A stretch of DNA of 64,000 nucleotides from an uncultured Bacilli bacterium (GTDB lineage Bacteria > Bacillota_I > Bacilli_A > RF39 > UBA660). The stretch spans positions 7,813-71,812 of the forward strand of contig CANQFG010000002.1 of NCBI GenBank assembly GCA_947598395.1, read 5' to 3'. The notes under the pieces are model-generated. The model did not search any database and was not told where the DNA came from. It worked only from the letters and a program-made list of their open reading frames with translations. How positions within the stretch are numbered: position 1 is the stretch's first letter; each line of letters opens with the position of its first letter. The translations under genes and the position numbers were made by a program. This document shows, piece after piece, positions 17,899 to 25,252 of the stretch.

Positions 17899-17970
17899 AT
17901 GTTGAAAAAAATGCAACTGGGGGGGGGTGCAATACAATAGAGAAAATGGAAAATAGGAGCAGAGATTGAC
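17899..17970 (+). promoter_or_regulatory. conserved leader/promoter element, copy A (contains G9 and a TACAAT box)
   Basis: 72 nt nearly identical to 19723..19793. TTGAAA at 17902-07, G9 at 17919-27, TACAAT at 17933-38, AGGAG at 17955-59. Confidence 0.6.
17919..17927 (+). repeat. G9 homopolymer 43 nt upstream of the start codon
   Basis: Read directly: actg ggggggggg tgcaaTACAAT. Confidence 0.95.
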
Positions 17971-19359
17971 ATGAAAAAGAGATGGATACTAGTAACTATA
18001 TTATTTCTTAGTATTGGATTTGCATCCGTAACAGCAGTCTTAACGATAACCGGAAAAGTAAATATAAACTTTGATGACGAAGATTATCAAGTATACTTTT
18101 CCGATGCTTATTTAGATGATGTAAGACATATGGAATTTATTGATGATACGAGAAAGAAAATAACATTCACAACTAATGCCTTAACCTCAGTAGGCGATAC
18201 AAGTATTTTAAAATATGAAGTAACGAATAATAGTAAACAATATGATGCGGAAGTAAGTGTCGAATGTACGCCAAGTGAAACTGACTATTATAGTGTAAGT
18301 AATAGTTTAACAGAAAGAATAAATGCGCAAAGTCGAGAAAGTGGAACGATAACTATTGAGTTAAAGAAAGTTGTGTTAGAGGAAACAGAAGAAACATTTA
18401 CTTGTAATCTAACAATAAATGCTACGTCGAGAGAAGATGTAGAAGAATCATTGCTATGTGAAAATGAAATAAATCATATTTGGAATTTTGATTATACAGG
18501 AGGAGAACAAGAATTTATCCCTGACTGTGCAGGAAATTATAAATTAGAAGTATGGGGAGCACAAGGAGGAATTGATACTACTTCGTCTTTTACTTTTCAA
18601 GGTTATGGTGGCTATGCCATAGGAAATGTAAAATTAGAAGCCAATCAACGAATATATATCAATGTTGGAGGACAAGGAGAAGGTTACACTGGAGTAGGAG
18701 AAAAAATAAATCGTGACTATAAAGGCGGTTATAATGGAGGTGGAAATGGTGGATCTAAAAGTTCTCAATATGGCTTTGGCGGAGGTGGAGCAACGCATAT
18801 CGCTTTAGAAATGGGATTGCTCAGTGAATTTGAAAGTAAAAAAGAAAATCTTTTAATCGTTGCTGGAGGTGGCGGTGGAAATTCTTCTTATGAAAATAAA
18901 GTGTTTGGGGGCTCTGGAGGTGGAATCCAAGGCGGTAATGGGAATAATATTGTTGTTAATTCTGCTGACCGCTACTATGGAACAGGTGGAACTCAAGAAC
19001 AAGGTGGAGATGATAGTACTAGTGGTTTTCAAAATGATCGTGCTTTAGGAACATTCGGTCAAGGAGGAATCTATTATCGCGATCCATATAAAGAGTTTAA
19101 CTATGTTAGTGGTGCTGGAGGCGGAGGCGGTTACTATGGCGGAGGCGGAAGTTCTCGTGGGCATGCCAGTGCCGGTGGTGGATCTGGTTATATTGGAAAT
19201 GATTTATTAAGTGAAAAAGCTATGTACTGCTATAATTGTGAACCCAATGGAGAAGTAAAAACGAAAACGATTACTACCGAAAGTTTTAGTCAAGAAGCTC
19301 AAAGTATGTTTGCCAAACAAGGCAATGGGTATGCTAGAATAACTTATTTAGGAAAATAA
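17971..19359 (+). CDS. family paralog 4 (long): signal-anchor + two-Cys N-module + ALK/LTK-type glycine-rich domain
   Basis: MKKRWILVTILFLSIGFASVTAVLTITGKVNINF; QYDAEVSVEC; FTCNLTINA. The C-terminal part reads YKLEVWGAQGG..GYGGYAIGNV..IYINVGGQG..GGGGATHIAL..LLIVAGGGGG..GGSGGGIQGG..SGAGGGGGYYGGGG..AGGGSGYIG (bacterial glycine-rich domain pattern). Confidence 0.8.
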   Translation: MKKRWILVTILFLSIGFASVTAVLTITGKVNINFDDEDYQVYFSDAYLDDVRHMEFIDDTRKKITFTTNALTSVGDTSILKYEVTNNSKQYDAEVSVECTPSETDYYSVSNSLTERINAQSRESGTITIELKKVVLEETEETFTCNLTINATSREDVEESLLCENEINHIWNFDYTGGEQEFIPDCAGNYKLEVWGAQGGIDTTSSFTFQGYGGYAIGNVKLEANQRIYINVGGQGEGYTGVGEKINRDYKGGYNGGGNGGSKSSQYGFGGGGATHIALEMGLLSEFESKKENLLIVAGGGGGNSSYENKVFGGSGGGIQGGNGNNIVVNSADRYYGTGGTQEQGGDDSTSGFQNDRALGTFGQGGIYYRDPYKEFNYVSGAGGGGGYYGGGGSSRGHASAGGGSGYIGNDLLSEKAMYCYNCEPNGEVKTKTITTESFSQEAQSMFAKQGNGYARITYLGK

Positions 19360-19400
19360 AAAAACTTGCTAAGCAAGAGTAAATTTAATATAATGAATGT

Positions 19401-19464
19401 AGGAGGACTTAAGTCAGTTAAGTCGCCTATATTGTATAAGCTACCTTAAAAGGTAGTTTTTTTT
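19401..19464 (+). ncRNA. possible small RNA convergent with the mini-ORF (speculative)
   Basis: TTGCTA-17-TATAAT (19366..19394) lies immediately after the 17971 CDS stop. No start codon follows the AGGAGG at 19401. It ends at the hairpin CTACCT/AGGTAG plus T8 (19441..19464), which overlaps the stop codon of the minus-strand mini-ORF. Confidence 0.25.
19441..19464 (+). terminator. rho-independent terminator
   Basis: CTACCT (19441-46) pairs with AGGTAG (19451-56), followed by T8. Confidence 0.7.
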
Positions 19465-19537
19465 ATATTAGGCCTACAACGTAGAGCACTAAAATAAAAA
19501 TAATGATCAATAAGAAAGAAATAATAAAATCCTTCAT
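19463..19537 (-). CDS. 24-aa hydrophobic peptide MKDFIISFLLIIIFILVLYVVGLI (type I toxin-like)
   Basis: Not in the ORF track (under 60 aa). The ATG at 19537 lies 5 nt after GGAGGTGA (19543-19550, minus strand). A single TM-length hydrophobic core. A TATAAT box on the minus strand at 19637-19642 would give a ~90-nt structured leader. Confidence 0.4.
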   Translation of the reverse strand: MKDFIISFLLIIIFILVLYVVGLI

Positions 19538-19700
19538 TACTATCACCTCCACTACTTTCTATAGATTAAACTGGTCAACCAGCAACCCCCTGAAAATAAT
19601 GGCAACTACAAACTCAGTGGTCCTCCTGAGGGTAATATTATAGATGGTAAAAAATAAAAGGAAATAGACCTGACAAAAAAAGACAAAAGATTTCAAAAAT

Positions 19701-19721
19701 GCCGTATTTTCGGCTTTTTTT
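19701..19721 (+). terminator. rho-independent terminator preceding leader copy B
   Basis: GCCG/CGGC hairpin followed by T7. Confidence 0.45.
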
Positions 19722-19722
19722 C

Positions 19723-19793
19723 ATGTTGAAAAAAATGCGACTGGGGGGGGTGCAATACAATAGAGAAAATGGAAAATAGGAGCAGAGATCGAC
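19723..19793 (+). promoter_or_regulatory. conserved leader/promoter element, copy B (contains G8 and a TACAAT box)
   Basis: Differs from copy A by 2 substitutions and the G-run length. TACAAT at 19756-61. Confidence 0.6.
19743..19750 (+). repeat. G8 homopolymer 43 nt upstream of the start codon
   Basis: Read directly: actg gggggggg tgcaaTACAAT. Confidence 0.95.
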
Positions 19794-21569
19794 ATGAAAA
19801 AAAGATGGGTATTATTAACTGTATTATTTTTAACTATTGGATTTGCATCAGTAGCAACAATACTAACAATAACGGGAAGAGTAAATATAAATTTTAATGA
19901 AGAAGATTATCAAATATACTTTAGTAAAGCTGTAGTAGATAGTATAGATAAGAGTTATGAAGTAATAGATCCAGATACGAGAAGGTCAATAAAATATTCA
20001 ACAAAAGATTTAAGTAAAGTAAGTGATACAAGTGTCTTGGAATATGAAGTAACAAATAATAGTACCCAATATGATGCAACAGTAGAGGTAGTATGTGAAG
20101 CAAAGACTGAAGATAAGGAAAAAGCTACTGAATATGTAACGATAACAAATGAAATGAAAAATAATACTATCAAAGCTCAGACGAGAGAAACTGGAACTGT
20201 AAGTGTTCAATTAAAGAAAGTAACAGTGGACCCAATTGATATAGAATTTACTTGTACATTAACAGTAAATCCTGTAGGAAATGATGTATTAAAAGAACCA
20301 GAATTAGCTGAGAATAGTTGTCGAGATATCGGAATACCAAGTTTGGGAGAAGGAGACAAATTAATACCGATAGTATTAGATGATGAAGGAAAAGCAACGC
20401 GAGTAGAGAAAACGGATACTAATTGGTATGACTATTGCAAGAGAGAATGGGCGAATGCGGTCATATTAAATGAAGATGCAGATTTACCAGATGTTGGTGA
20501 AGAAATACCAGAAGCATCAATCGAAAGTTATTTTGTGTGGATACCAAAATACAAATATAAATTATGGAATGTTGAAACAGATAATACAGAAGTTGGAAAA
20601 CATAGTATAGAAATAATATTTGATACGCAAGATACAACAAATGTTCCAGGAGAATCATGTGAAACACCAAAGACTAGTGGAAATATTGGAGATTGTAAAG
20701 ATGGCGAATATATGACGCACCCAGCATTTATCTCATTTGGCGTAGATGGCCTCTGGGTTGGTAAATTTGAAACGGGTTATAAAGGAGCAAACGATAAAAC
20801 AAGTGCTGAACAAGATAATAATGAATCAAGTCATATAATAATAAAACCAAATGCTTATTCATGGCGAAAGATTACTGTCAAAAATATTTTTGAAGCATCA
20901 AAAAAATATAAAGAAAATTTACAATCACATATGATGAAGAACACGGAATGGGGAGCAGTAGCCTATCTATCGCATTCGATATTTGGTATAAATAAAGAGG
21001 TAACGATAAATAACAATAATAAATATAAGACTGGATATGCGGCTTTACCTACTACAGATCAAAGTAAAAATCCTGGTGAAGAAGGTGATGATGGAAATTC
21101 TAATACAGCATGGAATACTCAAAATGGAGTTACAGCTAGTACGACGGGAAATATTACTGGTGTTTATGATATGTCTGGTGGAGCATGGGAGATTATGGCG
21201 GCTTATGTAGCAGAAGTTCCAAATGATCAAAGTGGATTTCAAGCTGAAGAATTGAAAAAAATAGATGCAAGATATGTTGATGTATATGAAAAAACAAGTA
21301 CAGGAATATCGTATGGAAAAATGATCTTAGGTGATGCCACGGGAGAAATGGGGCCTTTCGATAATTATGAAGATGGAGATAAAATAACAAGAGGGCACAA
21401 TCGTTGGTATGCCGACGTTTCTGTTTTCATTTACGCTTTGTCCCCTTGGTTCGGACGAGGCAGCTATAGCGGCGGCGGAGTTGTAGCTGGACAGTTCTAC
21501 TTCGATAGGTCCGCTGGTGCAGCCCGTGGAGGCGATGGCTTTCGCCTCGCTTTAGCTCCATCTAATTAA
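19794..21569 (+). CDS. family paralog 5 (long): signal-anchor + two-Cys N-module + linker + FGE-sulfatase-like domain
   Basis: MKKRWVLLTVLFLTIGFASVATILTITGRVNINF; QYDATVEVVC; FTCTLTVNP. The C-terminal ~350 aa is homologous to the partial ORF 1..1124. Confidence 0.8.
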   Translation: MKKRWVLLTVLFLTIGFASVATILTITGRVNINFNEEDYQIYFSKAVVDSIDKSYEVIDPDTRRSIKYSTKDLSKVSDTSVLEYEVTNNSTQYDATVEVVCEAKTEDKEKATEYVTITNEMKNNTIKAQTRETGTVSVQLKKVTVDPIDIEFTCTLTVNPVGNDVLKEPELAENSCRDIGIPSLGEGDKLIPIVLDDEGKATRVEKTDTNWYDYCKREWANAVILNEDADLPDVGEEIPEASIESYFVWIPKYKYKLWNVETDNTEVGKHSIEIIFDTQDTTNVPGESCETPKTSGNIGDCKDGEYMTHPAFISFGVDGLWVGKFETGYKGANDKTSAEQDNNESSHIIIKPNAYSWRKITVKNIFEASKKYKENLQSHMMKNTEWGAVAYLSHSIFGINKEVTINNNNKYKTGYAALPTTDQSKNPGEEGDDGNSNTAWNTQNGVTASTTGNITGVYDMSGGAWEIMAAYVAEVPNDQSGFQAEELKKIDARYVDVYEKTSTGISYGKMILGDATGEMGPFDNYEDGDKITRGHNRWYADVSVFIYALSPWFGRGSYSGGGVVAGQFYFDRSAGAARGGDGFRLALAPSN

Positions 21570-21570
21570 T

Positions 21571-21589
21571 AAGGGATAATCCCTTTTTT
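21571..21589 (+). terminator. rho-independent terminator
   Basis: AAGGGA/TCCCTT hairpin followed by a T run. Confidence 0.6.
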
Positions 21590-21712
21590 GTTTGCTTAAA
21601 AGGTTATTTTGCTTTATTTTACCCATTTTTTGTAAAAAAATGACTAAAAAGTGTAAAAAAATAAAGGAAATTAGCAATTATCGGTAATAAATAATAGTAG
21701 AGGGTGAAAAAT

Positions 21713-23437
21713 ATGGCATTATCCAGTGAAGAAATAATGAATATTCAAAAAACTGCTAATATCGTCGATATCATTGGGTCATATGTCAGTTTAGAAAAAA
21801 AGGGTAAAAATTATTTTTGTATATGTCCCTTTCATGACGATCATAACCCTTCGATGTGCGTCAACGAACAACGGCAACTATATACATGTTTTGTCTGTCA
21901 TGCTACGGGTAATGTCTTCAATTTTGTTCAAAATTATGAAAATATATCCTTTATCGAAGCCGTTAAGGTTGTTGCCGATAAGATTGGCATAACTTTATCC
22001 GAAGGATATAAGACGGTATCGAAATATGAAAAGCATTATGAAGCTACGGAATTGGCCCTTAAATTTTATCAAAATAATTTAAAAAGTAAAGATGGCTCTT
22101 ATGCTCGAGCTTATTTGAAAGAACGGGGTTTAAGTGATGAGACAATTCAAGAATTTGGCATTGGCTATGCGCCACGGGAAAATGATGCCTTATCGAAATT
22201 ATTGATCAATAAGGGTTATGATGAAAATCTTCTCATGAGTATTGGCCTATCTAGTAAGGGCAATGTCTTGTATGATTTATTTCGCGATCGGATAACATTC
22301 CCGATACATAATGCCTCGGGAAGAGCTGTTGGATTTTCAGCTCGCATCTTCTATGAAAGTGATGATGCTAAATATATCAATACGAAGGAGACCGTAATCT
22401 TTAAAAAGGGCGAGATTCTTTTCAATTATCATCGCGCCCAGACGGAAGCGCGGCGCTTAAAATATATCGTCGTCGTCGAGGGGCAAATGGATGCCATTCG
22501 GATCTATGAATCGGGCATCAAAAATGTCGTTGCGACGATGGGAACCGCTTTGACGATGGAACATGTCAAACTTCTAAAGAAACTCAATGTCAAAGTCGTC
22601 TTATGTATGGATTCCGATAATGCTGGCGAAAAAGCGACGGTAACGAATGGCGAATTATTGGAGCAAAATGATGTCGATTTAGCTATTCTGCGCCTTTCGG
22701 GAACAAAAGATCCCGATGAATATATCTTAAAATATGGCATTGAGGCCTTTAATACGGCCGTTAGCAATGCCGTAAGTTACTTCGATTTTAAACTAAACTA
22801 TTTGAAAAAAGATAAGAATTTAAATAAAGTCGATGATGTCACCAATTATATCAATCAAGTAATTGCTGAACTAAATAAGACGAAGGATGATGTCCTCATT
22901 AATCTCACGATTAATAAATTAAGTGAAGATTATGGAATTGACCGCAATATTCTCTTGAATAAAGTGATAAAAGTCGAACCAAAGAAGACGAAGGTCATCG
23001 AACATCAAGAACGCGAGAAGTTAAAGAAAAATCAACGATTGTCGGAAATATTATTATATTATTTGATGAATGAGGAAAAATATATAAAGCTATATGAACA
23101 AGAATTATCATATATTCCCGATGAAACCTATATGAATATAGCTCAAGATATTCTTGCATTTTTTATCAAATACAATTATATTAATATAGCAGATTTTATT
23201 ACATATGAGATCAATTCCGATTATTATACTAATGTATTAAATATTATCGATAAATATGCCAATATGGAACTCAATGATGGGGATTTTATTGGCATAATCG
23301 ATAAGATAAAGACATGGATTAATGAAAAGAAGATAATGGAGTTAAAGAATAGATTAAAAGTAGTTACCGATATGAATGAGAAATTATCGATTACGGATGA
23401 AATAGCAAAGTTAAAAAAAGGATGTGTTAATCAATGA
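21713..23437 (+). CDS. dnaG: DNA primase
   Basis: Zinc finger [11 protein letters not shown]...CFVCHATG, a TOPRIM block ([14 protein letters not shown]), and position upstream of sigA. Confidence 0.95.
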   Translation: MALSSEEIMNIQKTANIVDIIGSYVSLEKKGKNYFCICPFHDDHNPSMCVNEQRQLYTCFVCHATGNVFNFVQNYENISFIEAVKVVADKIGITLSEGYKTVSKYEKHYEATELALKFYQNNLKSKDGSYARAYLKERGLSDETIQEFGIGYAPRENDALSKLLINKGYDENLLMSIGLSSKGNVLYDLFRDRITFPIHNASGRAVGFSARIFYESDDAKYINTKETVIFKKGEILFNYHRAQTEARRLKYIVVVEGQMDAIRIYESGIKNVVATMGTALTMEHVKLLKKLNVKVVLCMDSDNAGEKATVTNGELLEQNDVDLAILRLSGTKDPDEYILKYGIEAFNTAVSNAVSYFDFKLNYLKKDKNLNKVDDVTNYINQVIAELNKTKDDVLINLTINKLSEDYGIDRNILLNKVIKVEPKKTKVIEHQEREKLKKNQRLSEILLYYLMNEEKYIKLYEQELSYIPDETYMNIAQDILAFFIKYNYINIADFITYEINSDYYTNVLNIIDKYANMELNDGDFIGIIDKIKTWINEKKIMELKNRLKVVTDMNEKLSITDEIAKLKKGCVNQ

Positions 23438-24528
23438 AGAAAGTAAAGGAAATTAAATCATTTGATGAGAGAAAAAAAGAATTATTAGAGGAAGGTAAGA
23501 AGAAAGGTTTTATAACTTTTGAAGAATTGGCGCAAGCTCTACAAGGGTTAGATTTAGATGCCGATACCTTAGATGGTTTATATAATACCTTTGTCGAAGC
23601 TGGCATAAGCGTTATTACGGAAGAAGAGGCTAGTGATGGTGGCCAAGCTAAGACCGAAGAAGTCATCTTAGATGATGAGGATTTAACTAAAGATGTCAAT
23701 ATCAACGACCCCGTAAGAATGTATTTAAAGGAAATTGGACGGATATCTTTGTTATCACCGGAAGAGGAGATGGAATTATCGATTCGCGTAGCTAATGGGG
23801 AAGAGGAAGCACGCAATATTTTAGCTGAGTCGAACTTGCGGTTAGTCGTTTCCATTGCCAAGCGATATGTGGGCCGGGGTTTATTATTCCTCGATCTCAT
23901 TCAAGAGGGCAATATCGGTTTGATGAAGGCCGTTGAGAAATTCGATTTTGGCAAGGGTTATAAATTCTCGACATATGCGACATGGTGGATTAGACAAGCC
24001 ATAACGCGGGCCTTAGCTGATCAAGCGCGGACGATTCGGGTACCAGTTCATATGGTCGAGACGATTAATAAAATGGCACGGATTCAACGACAAATGACGC
24101 TCGAGTTAAATCGGGAGCCAAGCGATGAAGAACTTGCCAAAAAGATGGGCATCAGCGTCGATAAGGTGCGCGAAGTTATTAAGATCAGTCAAGATCCCGT
24201 TTCATTGGAGACGCCAATTGGCGAAGAGGATGATTCCCATTTAGGTGATTTTATCAAAGATGAGAGCAGTCTATCGCCCGAAGAATATGCGACTAATGAA
24301 ATTTTAAAAGAGGAGATTCGTTCAGTTTTATCGACCCTTCAACCTCGGGAACAACAAGTCCTCGAACTTCGCTTTGGTCTCGTTGATGGAACGAGTTATA
24401 CTTTGGAAGAAGTCGGCAAGCGCTTCAATGTCACACGGGAGCGCATTCGGCAAATCGAGGCTAAAGCTTTGAGAAAGTTAAGACATCCATCACGGGCTAA
24501 AAAATTAAAAGATTTTATGGTGGAATAA
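23434..24528 (+). CDS. sigA: RNA polymerase primary sigma factor
   Basis: Regions 1.2-4.2 are all recognisable ([71 protein letters not shown]). Confidence 0.97.
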   Translation: MKKVKEIKSFDERKKELLEEGKKKGFITFEELAQALQGLDLDADTLDGLYNTFVEAGISVITEEEASDGGQAKTEEVILDDEDLTKDVNINDPVRMYLKEIGRISLLSPEEEMELSIRVANGEEEARNILAESNLRLVVSIAKRYVGRGLLFLDLIQEGNIGLMKAVEKFDFGKGYKFSTYATWWIRQAITRALADQARTIRVPVHMVETINKMARIQRQMTLELNREPSDEELAKKMGISVDKVREVIKISQDPVSLETPIGEEDDSHLGDFIKDESSLSPEEYATNEILKEEIRSVLSTLQPREQQVLELRFGLVDGTSYTLEEVGKRFNVTRERIRQIEAKALRKLRHPSRAKKLKDFMVE

Positions 24529-24529
24529 G

Positions 24530-25186
24530 ATGTTGAGTATTAGATTAGAATCATTAGCAAAACATATCAAATTTAACGATAAAGTTATCGATATCGGGTG
24601 CGATCATGCCCTTTTAGATATCTATTTAGTCAAGAATAATGTCGTCAAGAAGATAATGGCCTCGGATATTCATGAGCAAGCCTTAGATGCGGGTATTGCC
24701 AATATCAAACGGGAAAATTTGGAAGAAAAAATTACCACGCGTTTGGGCGATGGATTAGATGTTTTAACCGATAAAGATAATATCGATACGATTTTGATCT
24801 CGGGTATGGGAACGTCGACCATTCTAAAAATTTTGGATCATCCCTATTTGAGTAAGATAAATAAGCTAGTAATTCAATCTAATAATGATCACTTTCTTTT
24901 GCGCAATTCAATATGTCGCTTGGGCTTTATAATTAAAGCTGAGGATTTTCTCGTCGATAATCATAAACATTATATCAATATCGTCTTTATTCGCGGTAAG
25001 GCTAAATATCGTAAAAGGGAATTGATGTATGGACCAATATTGATTCATAATACGAATTATTTAAATTTTGAATTAAATAATTGTCTAAAAATATATCATT
25101 TAATTCCCAAGATGAAACTGCGTTATCGTCTTAAATTAGGACGGGAAATAAGATTGCTAAAATATTTATTAAAGAAGGGTCGATAA
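24530..25186 (+). CDS. trmK: tRNA (adenine(22)-N1)-methyltransferase
   Basis: VIDIGCDHALLDIYLV SAM-binding start. Position after sigA, as for B. subtilis yqfN/trmK. Confidence 0.8.
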   Translation: MLSIRLESLAKHIKFNDKVIDIGCDHALLDIYLVKNNVVKKIMASDIHEQALDAGIANIKRENLEEKITTRLGDGLDVLTDKDNIDTILISGMGTSTILKILDHPYLSKINKLVIQSNNDHFLLRNSICRLGFIIKAEDFLVDNHKHYINIVFIRGKAKYRKRELMYGPILIHNTNYLNFELNNCLKIYHLIPKMKLRYRLKLGREIRLLKYLLKKGR

Positions 25187-25252
25187 AGACCTTTTTTACT
25201 TGCCTTAAATGGCATATAATAATAAAATGATTTATTGAAAGCAGGTTTAAGG

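Noticed and set aside
17902-17938. TTGAAA (17902-07) as the -35 partner of TACAAT (17933-38).
   Set aside because: The spacer would be 25 nt (24 in copy B), far outside the 16-18 nt window. The true -35 or activator site is therefore unresolved, and I only claim that the G tract lies in the spacer region upstream of the -10-like box.
17899-17940. Possible upstream ORF in the conserved leader (ATGTTGAAAAAAATGCAACTG-Gn-...) whose stop position would depend on G-tract length (MLKKMQLGGGAIQ* with G9; a longer peptide ending in the TAG of the main-gene RBS with G8).
   Set aside because: No Shine-Dalgarno sequence precedes this ATG; it directly follows a terminator T run. It remains a curiosity rather than a feature. 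Ribosome profiling would be needed.
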